The translations under genes and the position numbers were made by a program. Of a DNA stretch of 64,000 bases, positions 1 through 11,284 are shown piece after piece. This DNA is from a virus (Duplodnaviria > Caudoviricetes): positions 32,001 to 96,000 of IMG/VR virus record IMGVR_UViG_3300027858_000004; one strand, given 5' to 3'. The notes below the pieces were generated by a model. The model saw nothing but the letters and a program-made list of their open reading frames with translations. It was not told the origin of the DNA and searched no databases. Position 1 is the stretch's first letter, and each line of letters starts with the position of its first letter.

Positions 1-13
1 GTATGGGAATCCA

Positions 14-451
14 TTGCACATTGAAGAAACGAAAAAGAAAGATGAAGAGAAACGGAAAAAACGAAATTTAGAAAAACAAAATAGAGAAAAGCAATACTCC
101 ACAGAAGGTACATGCGCTGTAAACGGATGTGATTCTCCTATTAAAGCCAAGAGGCTCTGTGACATGCACTATTCAAGAAAGAGACGCAACGGAACACTAG
201 AGACAACTAGAAAAGCAATAGTAGTTGAGAGTGGGAAGTGTTTGGTTATTGAGTGCGACAATCCACACAAAAGAAATGGATTGTGTACAACACATTTATC
301 CTATGAAAGATTATATGGAACTCCATATCTATTTAAAATAATTAAGCAATGTGGTGTTAAAGGCTGTGAAAGGGAGCATTTGGCAAAAGGATTATGCAAC
401 AAGCACTATCGTGAATGGTCTATAATTAAAGATGAATATGGCTTGGAGTGA
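14..451 (+). CDS. Protein with three tandem C-x4-C-x9-C-x2-H zinc-binding repeats (possibly 5' truncated by the window)
   Basis: CAVNGC..LCDMH, CLVIEC..LCTTH, CGVKGC..LCNKH repeats. Confidence 0.6.
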   Translation: MHIEETKKKDEEKRKKRNLEKQNREKQYSTEGTCAVNGCDSPIKAKRLCDMHYSRKRRNGTLETTRKAIVVESGKCLVIECDNPHKRNGLCTTHLSYERLYGTPYLFKIIKQCGVKGCEREHLAKGLCNKHYREWSIIKDEYGLE

Positions 452-472
452 ATTAAGAAATCTGAATATTGC

Positions 473-880
473 TATAACAGAAATCAAAAAATGAAGCGGA
501 GGTTTTTCCATGATAGTCATAGAAGGTAAAAATAGGAAATCAATAGTTTTGGAGAATTTAATTCGAAAGAGTTTTATGACAAATAATGTGTTGATTATAG
601 ATACAGTGGGATTAAAATATCTTTCCGAAAAATCAGATTTCAAACATGTTATTCTTGAAGAATACACAAACCATAACGAGCTAATTAAGGCTTTTGAAAA
701 AGATTATATTGAATTTTTTAGTGAGTATGATTGGATAGCATTCTATGTGAATTCAGATGTTTCTTCTATAGAGGATTTTAAAGTCCTAGACAGAAAATAC
801 GTTCAAAACTTCATAGTCACTGTTCAAAGGAACAATGGACTAACGAATACTTACTATATTTGATATAACAGAAATCAAAA
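473..880 (+). repeat. 17-bp direct repeat TATAACAGAAATCAAAA flanking ORF 510..863
   Basis: Identical copies at 473-489 and 864-880. Confidence 0.85.
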
Positions 881-1130
881 TTTAGAGCTGGGGATTTTTG
901 AAAGGGGCAAATTTAATGGAATATGAGCATAGAGATTACTTTATAAAAATTGACTTTGTGGGAGATTCAATTACACCTGTGTATCGCTTCAGATTATACA
1001 GAGAGAAGAAGTTTTGGTTCCCTAAAGCTCTTTGGGAAGAAACAATTTTCAGAGAAGATATAAAAAATTACAAGATAAGCTGTGATAAAGTTATTGATAA
1101 TTATGAAGAAAACAAAGCCAGATGGAATTA

Positions 1131-4100
1131 GTAAATCATTGATTTTATTAGGAAAAAGGAGGTAATTATATGTATACGCTAAAAAGTCTTGAAGAAATCG
1201 AAAAAGCAATAGACATGATGTTTCAAGAAACTGATGCTTCGCAAAGAACTAAAAGCCGACACTTACTTAAAAATCAGTTCCGCATGGCTCTAGATAAGAT
1301 AGGTGGATTAGAACGTACAAACAAAAGGTTGAAAAGTGAATTAGAACAGTTTCCAGAGTATAGGGAACAACAGCTTTTAAATTCCATTACTTCTTATTTA
1401 AGTATTTTGAGCAAATGAACATTTCGAAACAAACTAAGAATTAATAAAACTAACATTTTATAATGAAAAGAGGAAAAGAAAATGGATAAATTGTATTCAC
1501 ACTGTAAATTTTGCAAGAAGAAATTCAAGGGTAAGGATGAAGTTGTAAGCTCCATTGCAGGTGGAGGTCGTGTCTATCTTCATAATGATTGCCATTTTGA
1601 CTACTTATTAAACACCTCAGATATGCCGAGTTATTTCGACAGCTATGAAGATATGATAGCCGAGTTAACGGAAGATGGAATATTAGATTAGGAGGGATAG
1701 AATGAAAAACATAGGAATTAAAGTCAATGGAGCTTTCTTTAAACTGGATAGAGGCACTCTTACATGGGATGAACTCATTAACATGATTGAAGCAAATGGG
1801 ATTCATTATACTGGTCAGTCAGTTTGGATTGATGACGAAGGAAATATTGTAGACGGAATTTTTGATAAGAATAATAACAAATGAAATGTTCCTTTTATTA
1901 AAAGATAAGAATGGAGGTTATGAGATGTCAGAAGAGAACTTTGAACCGTACACATTTCATGATAAAGTTTTAAGTGATTTGGAAGAAAAACTGAATCACT
2001 ACAAGAAATTAGCAAAATACACTAAGAAGACGGTTAAACTAAATCAACATAAATTTAATATTAAGTTCATGGAAGGGGTTATCTTAGAATACCATAATGA
2101 GCTAATTGAAGAGTATGAATTACAATAAAAAATCTGATTTATTGGATAAAGAAAGGTGGTTAGTGAATTGTCAGAGTTTATCTATAATACTTTAATGATA
2201 GTGGTAATAGCATTTCCGTCACTGTGGTTATATTGGGAAATATATAAGGACACCTTAATAACTGATTATAGTAAATCAGAAATAGCTGGGGTATTATTGG
2301 CTTCATCAATACCAATAGCTAATTGGATTTTTATGATAATGTATGTTTATCAGCTAGACAATAATGAAGATTCGATTAAGAATTACGTGAAGAATCTAAA
2401 TGAAGTCAGAAACTGTAGAAAGTGCGACATTAGTAGTAGAGTCTATCAAATGAAGAATAATATCAATAGTGATTTAGAATGTCCACATTGTAATGTTAAA
2501 AACAGTAGCGGAGTTTTCCCTGATGGAGAGTATCCGTTCGCACCAAAATTAAATAGATTCAAAGCACTTAAACTTATAAAAAATGAACATAAGATGAAGA
2601 ATGTTGAAAAGAATTTCAAAGAATTAAAGAAGTATGACAATGAATTGGTAGCCTATGAAACGCTACAACTGAAAAAATTACAGGAGTTTGAACAAAAGGC
2701 TAATGAAATCAAAGCTGAATTAAAAATTATATAAAAGAATCGATTTATTTGGAAAAGGGGAATGACTATGAAATTGTTAATTAAATATGCACTCAATAAA
2801 TTGTTAGACAATGATAAGTTAACAGGTAAGGAACGTGGAGTAATTCATAATATCATTAAGGTGAAACTATGAAATTTAAAGAGAGAAAAGTTGTTTATAA
2901 AGATTTTCAACATAGACAGTATCTTATTGAAAACGTCCCTTATCAAGTCAGCGAAGGTATAGATGAACCAATTGATGAGGATTTAATAATCAGTGGTGCA
3001 GTCATGTTACGGTTATTAAAGATACTCGAATATATGGAGCAAAGTAAACTATTATTTTTCGAGTATGATACCGATTTAGTCTAATGTCACTGTTCTACTA
3101 ATAAATGAAGTGAGGAGAATGAATAGTGAAAGCCACAGGTAAATTTAAAATTATTATGGCTAATATGGAAAGGGAACAATTGCTCAACTTTATTTGGGTG
3201 TATGATAATTATGTAGACCTTGTTCTGCATGAAATGAAGAGCGAGGAAGATTGGGATGTTTCCCCTTTGAATATTGAAGATTTTTATCATGAAGTCTACA
3301 AGAAAGATTTTAAAGTTTAGTTAATAAAACAGTCATTTCATCATTAAACAATTGGAAAAGGAGAAATGTGTAAGTGAAAATTATTAAGACAAATTTGTCA
3401 ATTTCTAATGGTAAAATTGTTGACCATCAATCATATGTAGAAGAAGAAAAAGATTGGAATTCATTTATTGAAAAAGTTGAATCTGGATTTTTATTTTCAA
3501 AGAGTTATAAGGTTAAAGTTGAAAATATTGTCCATGATGATTTTCATTTGTCATGTGATGTGTTTAATTCAATTGGTGCATTCACTAAACATCTAGCATA
3601 TATTGATGGTCGTGTAATTGTTATCTAATAAAACAAATATTTTATAATGAAAAAGGAGAGAGCGACATGCCTAAATTTAAGCTGCATGAGAAGTTGAATA
3701 TTAGAACCATGAATGTAACTATCCCAATAATAATAACAAAAAGAATTAAAGTTTCGGATGTAGATAACGAAAACATTTGTTTTTATATGTATCATTTTGA
3801 GGATAGTCGAGACATCAAAGACAAATGGACATGGGATAAAGTACCTGAAGAGAATTTAATCGATATGAAATATGAAGCTTTAAAACACAAATAAACTAAA
3901 AGGAGAGCTTGCAATGTCAATGTTAAAAGCAGAAATTAAACATCTAATTAAAGAGTCCATTTTGGAAAGCTTAACGGTAAAAACAGACACCACTGAAGAT
4001 GGTGAGGTACGAGTTAGCATTTACTATGATGGTGAATATGTTGATGGAGAATTTTAATCAGTAAAATGAATATATTATAAAAGGAGAAAGTTACAGATGA

Positions 4101-6195
4101 AAAGACTTTTAATTGTATTATTAACAGTAGGATTACTCGTAGGATGCAATCGTGAAACTGGAGAGGAAATTAACGGAGAGATTGTTGACATCGGCAATTT
4201 AGGTAGTGGATATGATTTATTAAGAGATACTAATACAGGATGTATCTATATTAGAGAAGGAAGCTCTCAAGCATATCCGATAACACCTTATTTCGGTGAA
4301 GATGGTAAAGTTGCAGGATGTGGACAAGAGGATTTAGATAAGAGTAAGTATAATTGACTTGACATTCATTTAAAAACTAGTTAAACTAAAACTTAAGGGG
4401 ACTATAAAATGAAAAATCAAATACACGATAGATATTATGATGCGTTTGGAACTACACCAACAGAAGATGAAATTATGGACATATATAATCAATTGCCACT
4501 GAGAATAAAACTTCTAGCCACAGAGTGGGGATGGGGTGATACAGAGGTTCGTGAAGACGTAGGATTGTGGATTGATAATAACTACGAAAGAAAAGCATTA
4601 TAAGGAGGGCTCGTAAAATGAACTACTATAAAATTCATGGAAACAGAGGCTCTTACACTATTTATCACGAACAAAAATACTCAGTTGCAGAGTTGTTAGA
4701 TATATATTTCATATCAGAATTAACATGCAAAGAAGAGCAACCATATGCTGATACTTTTGATATCATAGGTCACATGTGTAGACATTATGGATTTAAGTTA
4801 CCAGTCAAGAATATAAAATATGAATGTGAAATAGATGTAAGCGAAGAAGAATTAGAATAGGAGAGATAAAATGGCAAAAATTTATAAGGTGTCTTTATAC
4901 CTTACCGATTATAATGATGAATACCATGACAAAGAACATATGGAAGTTTATCTAAATGAGCACATAAAAAAACTTTGGGTTGGAGTAAGCTGCTTAGAGG
5001 CGCAAGAGTCAATTGAATTTGAGTTCGATGATGAGCTTACAATTAACAAAGTGAGTGCAACAAAAGAAGACTATGAAGTGTTTTTCAAAAAAGGAGAAAC
5101 AGAATGAATAAAACAGAATTAATAGAAGAATTGAGAATGTCATTGCCTAGTAGAAGAATGTTAGAGGTTGTTAATATTGGAGCAGTCAAAGTTGGTGATG
5201 AGCTGATTATACTAAAGCAAAGACCAAATTACGATGTGATTGAAGAAAATATGATTGCGTACAATGAACGTCATAATGTGTATCATAATTATAAAGAATT
5301 GTTAGCCAAGAACGTTATTTTTAACACTGGTCTGTTCGGATTCAAGGGAAGAGAAGCAATTAAAAACTACTTAACGAAAGGAGAGTAAAACCAATGCGCT
5401 GGAGGTCAAAGTGGGATTACATTGCTATCGGTGACACTAGATTAATATCTAAATTTTTAATACTCCCAAAGCGTATTAGTCGTGAATGGAGATGGTTAGA
5501 GAAAGTAACGTACAGACAAGAGTGTGTAGACGAACTGAATTACGGCAGTATGGATTATGGGCATCATAAAGAATGGCGAGATAAAGAATGGGTAAAATGA
5601 GGTGAAATCATGGGAAAAGGAAAAAGTCTTCAAATATATCGAAAAATTCAGTAAGTCTAATAAACCTGTCAAGGCTACTCGATTAAGAAATAAAGACAGC
5701 AAAGATGAAGAAATGCTGGATTCTAAAGCATTAGGTATTGGATTGTATGTTTTATCATTTCTGTGTTTAATATTGGTGATAGTAATTTGTTTATAATATG
5801 AATCTATTATTCGATAAAGGAGAGTTGATTATGGGAGATGCAATTTCTAGCTTGACAGTTGTTCATGTTAATTCATATGAAGCAACTATTAAGAATAAAG
5901 ACATATTCGAATTTTATGTGGGTGAAGATGAGGTGTCCATTTCATTTAATTGTGACTATCAATATGAGGAAGTTGGTTATCCAAGATGGAAATCCATAGA
6001 ACCTCTAGATAAGGATGAAATTACTTGTATACAATTAAATTACAAAGATGGAAACACAAAAAATATCATTGTTCCATTCAAAGATGTATCGACTAGTGGC
6101 TCCTATTGTGCCAACATAAAGAGCAAATATCATGAGCATCATAGTTATTGTGAAATAATTTGGAAGAAGAAAACAGAATAAAAGTCACGATTTAT
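1131..6195. repeat. Cluster 1 of the 18-bp junction motif ATAAAA-N6-TTTTAT (sites at 1131, 1444, 1881, 2125, 2731, 3324, 3628, 4061, 5793, 6178)
   Basis: e.g. ATAAAA ctaaca TTTTAT (1444), ATAAAA caaata TTTTAT (3628), ATAAAA gtcacg ATTTAT (6178); each lies between a stop codon and an RBS. Confidence 0.85.
4097..4357 (+). CDS. Small lipoprotein, DUF6440-like
   Basis: Lipobox LLVGC; D-x-x-TG-x-x-Y...ITP...DGK pattern. Confidence 0.55.
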   Translation: MKRLLIVLLTVGLLVGCNRETGEEINGEIVDIGNLGSGYDLLRDTNTGCIYIREGSSQAYPITPYFGEDGKVAGCGQEDLDKSKYN

Positions 6196-6442
6196 CGTAA
6201 TTAAATTTGAAATGGAGGTTTTAAAATGAAATTATTCATGTGTGAAGCGGTTGCAATTGATTATGAACCAAGAAGCTTAATCGTAGCTGAAAGCGAGAAA
6301 GATGCTGCTAAGAAATTTGAGGAGTCTTTAGATGATAGTGGAGATTGGTACTCAAGCACTTCTGCTTATGAAATTAAAGAATTAGACGGTTATAGAATTA
6401 TTTTAGAACAGATAAAATAAAGAAATTATTATAAACTAGATA

Positions 6443-6471
6443 TTGACAATATAATAAAAGTGTGTTATTAT
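6443..6471 (+). promoter_or_regulatory. SigA-type promoter with upstream conserved box
   Basis: TTGACA-17bp-TATTAT, TG extension, preceded by AAACTAGATA. Confidence 0.8.
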
Positions 6472-6943
6472 TAATTTATCAACAAGAGAGAACAAAGAAA
6501 ACAAAGGAGGAAGAAAAATGATATTTAGTAAAAACGATATAGATATTATATCAGGTAAGGAAGTAGTTGGAACAAATGTAATTATAGAAAGAGTAACAGA
6601 CGAAATTAAGAATAGATTATCTTTTACTCCAGACTATAGCGGTGGAGAATACATTAGAAAAGAAGAAGCTGAAATACTTGTGCTTGAACTATATAACATT
6701 TTAAAAAACATGTAATAGATAGTTGAATAAAATGTAAAAGAGGAGTCATATGAGCGATTTACAAAATGAAAATGAAATGTTGAAAAAGGCATTGGGATTT
6801 TACGCAGACAGAGAAAACTATAAAATTTGGAGTGACACATCTAACAACTGCCCAACTAATAGTGTTCTGTTCGATGATGGTTTTAGAGCACGAATAGTAT
6901 TAAAGCTAGAAGACTAAAATCTAAAACTTTTATAAATTAGATA

Positions 6944-6972
6944 TTGACAAACAAGAGTACTTATGTTATACT
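6944..6972 (+). promoter_or_regulatory. SigA-type promoter with upstream conserved box
   Basis: TTGACA-17bp-TATACT, preceded by AAATTAGATA. Confidence 0.85.
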
Positions 6973-7004
6973 TAATTAGAAGTTAAGAGTTAACAAAACA
7001 AAAA

Positions 7005-9098
7005 ATGAAAAATAGGAGTGTTGAGAAGATGGATAAATATACTACAGTTACAGCTACAGGGGTAAAATACAATAATGAGCATGATGAGTACCATGCGTTT
7101 GAAGATGGGGTAAAAGCTGTTTTTGAGAAAACTGTCACAGAAGGTAAGAAACTATTCAAAACAAACGCAGAAGGATTGTTTGAAGTATTCTTAGATAGCT
7201 TACCAAAAGAAGCTAGACAATACTATAACTGTAACTCTTGTCGTCACTTTATTAATCGCTTTGGTGGTCTGGTAACAATCGATGATAATGGAAAAATGAC
7301 TTCTGTTATGTGGGATGTAGATTTTACACCATCATTCTTCAAAAACTCAGTTTCAGCACTTAAAAACAAAGTAATGACATCTAAAGTGAAAGGAGTTTTC
7401 GTTGGAGAGTCTAGAGTATTAGGTCAACCAATGGCTGGAGGAGAGTCACATCTATCTGTAACTATTCCAAGAGAACTAGTAAGTCGCTCTTCATTGTTAA
7501 CAGCAGGACAAGTAGCGGCAGAAATGTTGCAAGACTTTAAAATATTAACAAATGCTTTATTAGAATACTCTATTGGGACAGTGGATAAAGCTTTAACACT
7601 ATTAAACTCAGAGGCTCTTTATCGCTCAGATAGAGTATTAGGAAATGCTGAATGGTTCAAAAAAATACATGTGCAACGCAACAGCGCCAAAAACTCAACT
7701 GAGAAAACAAATATAGTATGGTTAGCAGTTGCTACAGCACCAACAGGATTCACTCATATTAAGAACAATATGATTGGTACTCTTCTAGATGATATTAGCT
7801 CAGGACTATTAGCAGAAGCAGTAGCACGTAGATTCGCTGAGAAGATGAATCCCTCAAACTACATGCGCTCAACATCAGCACCAACCCAAAATAGCATTGT
7901 AGAAGCAGAAAAAATTGTTGAAAAACTAGGTATTGCAAATTCATTGGCACGTAGATATGCAACTTTAGAGGAAATTCCTTCATTCTTATGGAAAAACAGT
8001 GGGCTTCAAAAAGTAGCTAGAGAGATTAATAGTGGTGTATTTGGAAGTATCACACCTAAAGAGAAAATTAATGCCCCTATCTCTGAAATGGCACTGCCAA
8101 GCACAACAATGACATGGGATAAATTTAAGCGCACAGTAATGCCAACAGCAGACAACTTAGAAGTACTAGTAGATAACCCTAATCGTTTCATGGCTTTAGT
8201 TACTGCTGCTGACGAGACTGCTGAGAACATTCTACAATGGAATAATCCTTTTAGCTGGTACTATCATGGTGGAGTTGACGGAGAAATCAAACGTAGAGTT
8301 GAGGATGCTGGTGGACGATACGAAAACAATGAAATTCGTGTATCTCTTATCTGGGAAGGTTTAACTGATTTAGATTTACACTGTGTTAACCCAAGAGGTG
8401 AACATATTTATTACAGCACAGGCTCAAGAAAAGATAGATTTGGTGGATATTTAGATTTAGATATGAATGGTATGGACAAGAGTAGTCAAACACCTGTAGA
8501 AAACATGAGATGGTCTTCTAACGCACCAGAAGGAAGATATAAATTCTATGTTCACAACTACAGTGAGCGAGTTAATCAATTTAAAGGAACACCATTTAAA
8601 GTTGAAATGGAAATCAATGGCAAGACATTTGTTTATCATGGTCAACCTCTACGAAATGACAGCAAAGTAACTGTATTTGAGTTCGACTATGTTAAGGGTC
8701 AACAACCTAATATTACTAACAGTGGTTCATATACTTCTGATGACACATGGACAATTCAAGCTAACAACTTTGTAAAAGTAAATGGAATCACAACATCGCC
8801 TAATCTTTGGGATGGTAATGAAAATACTCAATCAGGAAATCATGTGTTCTTCTTATTAGATGGGGTAAAAGATACTTCAGAAGGAAAAGGTCGAGGATTC
8901 TTCAATGAAATGTTGAAGCCTGAGTTACGACAAATCCGTAAAACACTAGAAGCATTCACTAAGGATACTCCTATTGAAGATGCTGAATTATCAACAGCTT
9001 GTGGGATTGGTTACAACAACGACTCCGAGTGGAATTTAACTGTGAAAGTTACAGCTAACAACTCTACAAGAATCATCAAGATTGACCGTTGGGACTAG
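7005..9098 (+). CDS. Large phage protein with a C-terminal YfaP/DUF2135-like domain
   Basis: SLIW..TDLDLHC..P.GEHIYY..GGYLDLDM..PVEN..W..P.G.Y..VHNY motif set; N-terminal CxxC. Confidence 0.65.
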   Translation: MKNRSVEKMDKYTTVTATGVKYNNEHDEYHAFEDGVKAVFEKTVTEGKKLFKTNAEGLFEVFLDSLPKEARQYYNCNSCRHFINRFGGLVTIDDNGKMTSVMWDVDFTPSFFKNSVSALKNKVMTSKVKGVFVGESRVLGQPMAGGESHLSVTIPRELVSRSSLLTAGQVAAEMLQDFKILTNALLEYSIGTVDKALTLLNSEALYRSDRVLGNAEWFKKIHVQRNSAKNSTEKTNIVWLAVATAPTGFTHIKNNMIGTLLDDISSGLLAEAVARRFAEKMNPSNYMRSTSAPTQNSIVEAEKIVEKLGIANSLARRYATLEEIPSFLWKNSGLQKVAREINSGVFGSITPKEKINAPISEMALPSTTMTWDKFKRTVMPTADNLEVLVDNPNRFMALVTAADETAENILQWNNPFSWYYHGGVDGEIKRRVEDAGGRYENNEIRVSLIWEGLTDLDLHCVNPRGEHIYYSTGSRKDRFGGYLDLDMNGMDKSSQTPVENMRWSSNAPEGRYKFYVHNYSERVNQFKGTPFKVEMEINGKTFVYHGQPLRNDSKVTVFEFDYVKGQQPNITNSGSYTSDDTWTIQANNFVKVNGITTSPNLWDGNENTQSGNHVFFLLDGVKDTSEGKGRGFFNEMLKPELRQIRKTLEAFTKDTPIEDAELSTACGIGYNNDSEWNLTVKVTANNSTRIIKIDRWD

Positions 9099-9104
9099 GT
9101 AATT

Positions 9105-9133
9105 GGAGGGAGATACACTCCCTCTAACTTTTA
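9105..9133 (+). terminator. Probable intrinsic terminator
   Basis: GGAGGGAG/CTCCCTCT hairpin followed by a T-rich tract. Confidence 0.55.
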
Positions 9134-9246
9134 TTAAGAAATTGATATTTTAATGTTAAAATGATAAGTATATATCAAAAATTTAATATGATATTGCAAT
9201 AAAAGAGGAATATTATTAAGAAAACAAAATTGGGAGGATTATATAA

Positions 9247-9642
9247 ATGAAAAAGAAATTCTTAATATTTTTTATAGGTGTTATAGCAATTGTTTCAGCA
9301 GGATGTGAAGGAACAGAGGCTGATACAGTGTCTCACAATTTGTCAAAGTCGGCAGATTCATTTGAAGTTCAACGAAGAGTGGTGTTCTTTAACGGAATTA
9401 CGGACAAATACTTATTAACTGTTGAGGGCTTATGTGCACTTAACACAGACAGTGAGAAGAAGCTAACTGTCACCTGTAAGGTTGGAGACAATCAATATAA
9501 GAAGCATTATTTAGGATTGAGCGATAATGTGAGCTACTTTGTGGAACAAACAGATGCGAAGTTCGAAGATGCTTTCCACTACAAAGTAATATTTAGACCA
9601 GAGGCAATTGTTCCAGACATTGAAATACAAACAAGCAAATAA
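9247..9642 (+). CDS. Conserved phage lipoprotein
   Basis: Signal peptide and lipobox VSAGC; NLSK.AD.FEVQRRVVFFNGITD motif typical of a widespread phage lipoprotein family. Confidence 0.65.
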   Translation: MKKKFLIFFIGVIAIVSAGCEGTEADTVSHNLSKSADSFEVQRRVVFFNGITDKYLLTVEGLCALNTDSEKKLTVTCKVGDNQYKKHYLGLSDNVSYFVEQTDAKFEDAFHYKVIFRPEAIVPDIEIQTSK

Positions 9643-9668
9643 AATTCGCTAAAAGTAAAAGATAGTTA

Positions 9669-9697
9669 TTGACATATGGCAAGTGCTGTGTTATGAT
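9669..9697 (+). promoter_or_regulatory. SigA-type promoter
   Basis: TTGACA-17bp-TATGAT. Confidence 0.8.
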
Positions 9698-9726
9698 TAT
9701 TAAGTAGTAAAGAAAGGGAGGAAAAC

Positions 9727-10776
9727 ATGAACTTTAGTATTTTAATACCTGAGAAGATTAATGTTGGATTTCAAAGCAGAGAAGATACCTACACAAAGAA
9801 ACTGGCATATATAATTTACTATGACCACAAAGGTGTTCTGCGCAAAGAGACATCGTGGAATAGTTGGAGAGATGAGAAAATCGAAAATATCATTGAAGAA
9901 AATGTTCCGACAAGTGGATTTGTTCTTAATAAAAAAGCTGGAGGGTATTCAAGTGGATGGAATCATCGACAAACTTATGTGCGAGTTTATGACCCACGAG
10001 GATTTGAATTTGAAATTGATGTAACTAATCTGCTATACATTCTAGAGAACACTAACTCCATTAAAGGAAAAGGATTAGAAGGAGAATTTGTTTACGGATG
10101 GGATGGTAAAGATTTAATTCTAATTCCAACTGATGCGCCTGATTACAAGGAAATCTCAGCATATAACAAGATTATACAACAAAAGACTTATATTAAAGGC
10201 AAGGAATTAATAGTTGGCGCAAAATATCTTACAAAGAACAATGAGGAATATGTGTATCTAGGTAAGTTTGATGAGTATGATTGGAATGGAACAAAGAAAA
10301 AAGGAAAATCATTCTTCTTCTATGCCGATAGAAAATATAGCAAAATTGAGACAATGAGAACATTAGGTGAAAAAATTATCTCAGTTGTAGAGGAAGAGTG
10401 TGTAGACAACTATGCAGATTTGTTTAATATACTGGAACGGAATCGTGATTACTCTCCAATTGATAAGACTAAAGATGAATATGTGGATTACACAAAAGAA
10501 GAGCTAGAAGAGGCTTTTGAGAGTAGAAGGTGGGGGAAATCGCTATATACTAAAAACAGAGAGAAACGGGAAATAAGATATTCAGACGGGATTTATTCAT
10601 ATCGAATAGAAAATCCTAAATATACCCCTTCATACGGATGGGGAAGAAGTCACAGTAATGAGCCGTACCATATAAATGTTGAATTTAGCAGTCTTGATGA
10701 GCTAATTAAAGAACTGGAGCCAAAATATTTGCGAACATATTTAGCAAATGGAAAACTATATTCGGAGGATAAATAA
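9727..10776 (+). CDS. Conserved hypothetical phage protein
   Basis: 349-aa ORF with strong RBS, downstream of a promoter. Confidence 0.75.
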   Translation: MNFSILIPEKINVGFQSREDTYTKKLAYIIYYDHKGVLRKETSWNSWRDEKIENIIEENVPTSGFVLNKKAGGYSSGWNHRQTYVRVYDPRGFEFEIDVTNLLYILENTNSIKGKGLEGEFVYGWDGKDLILIPTDAPDYKEISAYNKIIQQKTYIKGKELIVGAKYLTKNNEEYVYLGKFDEYDWNGTKKKGKSFFFYADRKYSKIETMRTLGEKIISVVEEECVDNYADLFNILERNRDYSPIDKTKDEYVDYTKEELEEAFESRRWGKSLYTKNREKREIRYSDGIYSYRIENPKYTPSYGWGRSHSNEPYHINVEFSSLDELIKELEPKYLRTYLANGKLYSEDK

Positions 10777-10777
10777 C

Positions 10778-11185
10778 ATGTCAAATTCAAATGACCAACG
10801 CATTTTAGCACTAAAGAAACAAATTGAAACGAAGAAGAAACTATTAGGTGAATCACATAAATTCTCCCCAGTAACTCACAGTGTATTAATTCTTGATGAT
10901 AAGACACAAAACATTCAAGTACTAAATAAAAGTGAATTGATTGAGCTATTAGTGAAATTAAATTCATACTTACTCTCAGCAAAAGACTTAGGAGTCTTGC
11001 ATATGTATGTGATTAATGGCTACCCACTTGAAGACTGGATTAAAGATGTTCAATCTAGATTCAATATACTATCGCAAAAAGAAGAAGAGAAGTCTTTAAA
11101 AGCAATGGAGCTTAAATTAACAAAACTTCTTTCCGATGGTAAAAAAGTAGAATTAGAACTGGATGAAATTGAATCATTAATTTAA
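10778..11185 (+). CDS. Hypothetical coiled-coil protein, coupled to the upstream gene
   Basis: ATG at 10778 after GGAGG, within ORF 10748..11185. Confidence 0.7.
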   Translation: MSNSNDQRILALKKQIETKKKLLGESHKFSPVTHSVLILDDKTQNIQVLNKSELIELLVKLNSYLLSAKDLGVLHMYVINGYPLEDWIKDVQSRFNILSQKEEEKSLKAMELKLTKLLSDGKKVELELDEIESLI

Positions 11186-11208
11186 AAAAAACAATTATAA
11201 ATTAGATA

Positions 11209-11237
11209 TTGACAAATAACATGAAAAATGCTATACT
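11209..11237 (+). promoter_or_regulatory. SigA-type promoter of the ABC operon
   Basis: TTGACA-17bp-TATACT with upstream box AAATTAGATA. Confidence 0.85.
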
Positions 11238-11284
11238 AAGTAAGTAGTAAAGAATAAGAATATCAAAAAGAAAGGAGTGAACAA

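Larger units (their letters stand above)
510..6917 (+). other. Array of about 25 small co-oriented hypothetical phage genes (e.g. 510-863, 898-1131, 1170-1418, 1482-1691, 1702-1884, 1921-2128, 2156-2734, 2869-3084, 3126-3320, 3374-3628, 3667-3894, 3914-4057, 4409-4603, 4618-4860, 4871-5107, 5104-5388, 5394-5600, 5602-5796, 5831-6181, 6226-6420, 6518-6715, 6750-6917)
   Basis: Tightly packed + strand ORFs, most with strong Firmicute RBS (AAGGAGG-like); no recognisable domains. Confidence 0.8.

Noticed and set aside
3081-9153. Additional degenerate junction-motif copies (3081, 6412, 9136; also 46003)
   Set aside because: Weaker arm matches or ambiguous register in AT-rich DNA; not counted without a PWM scan.
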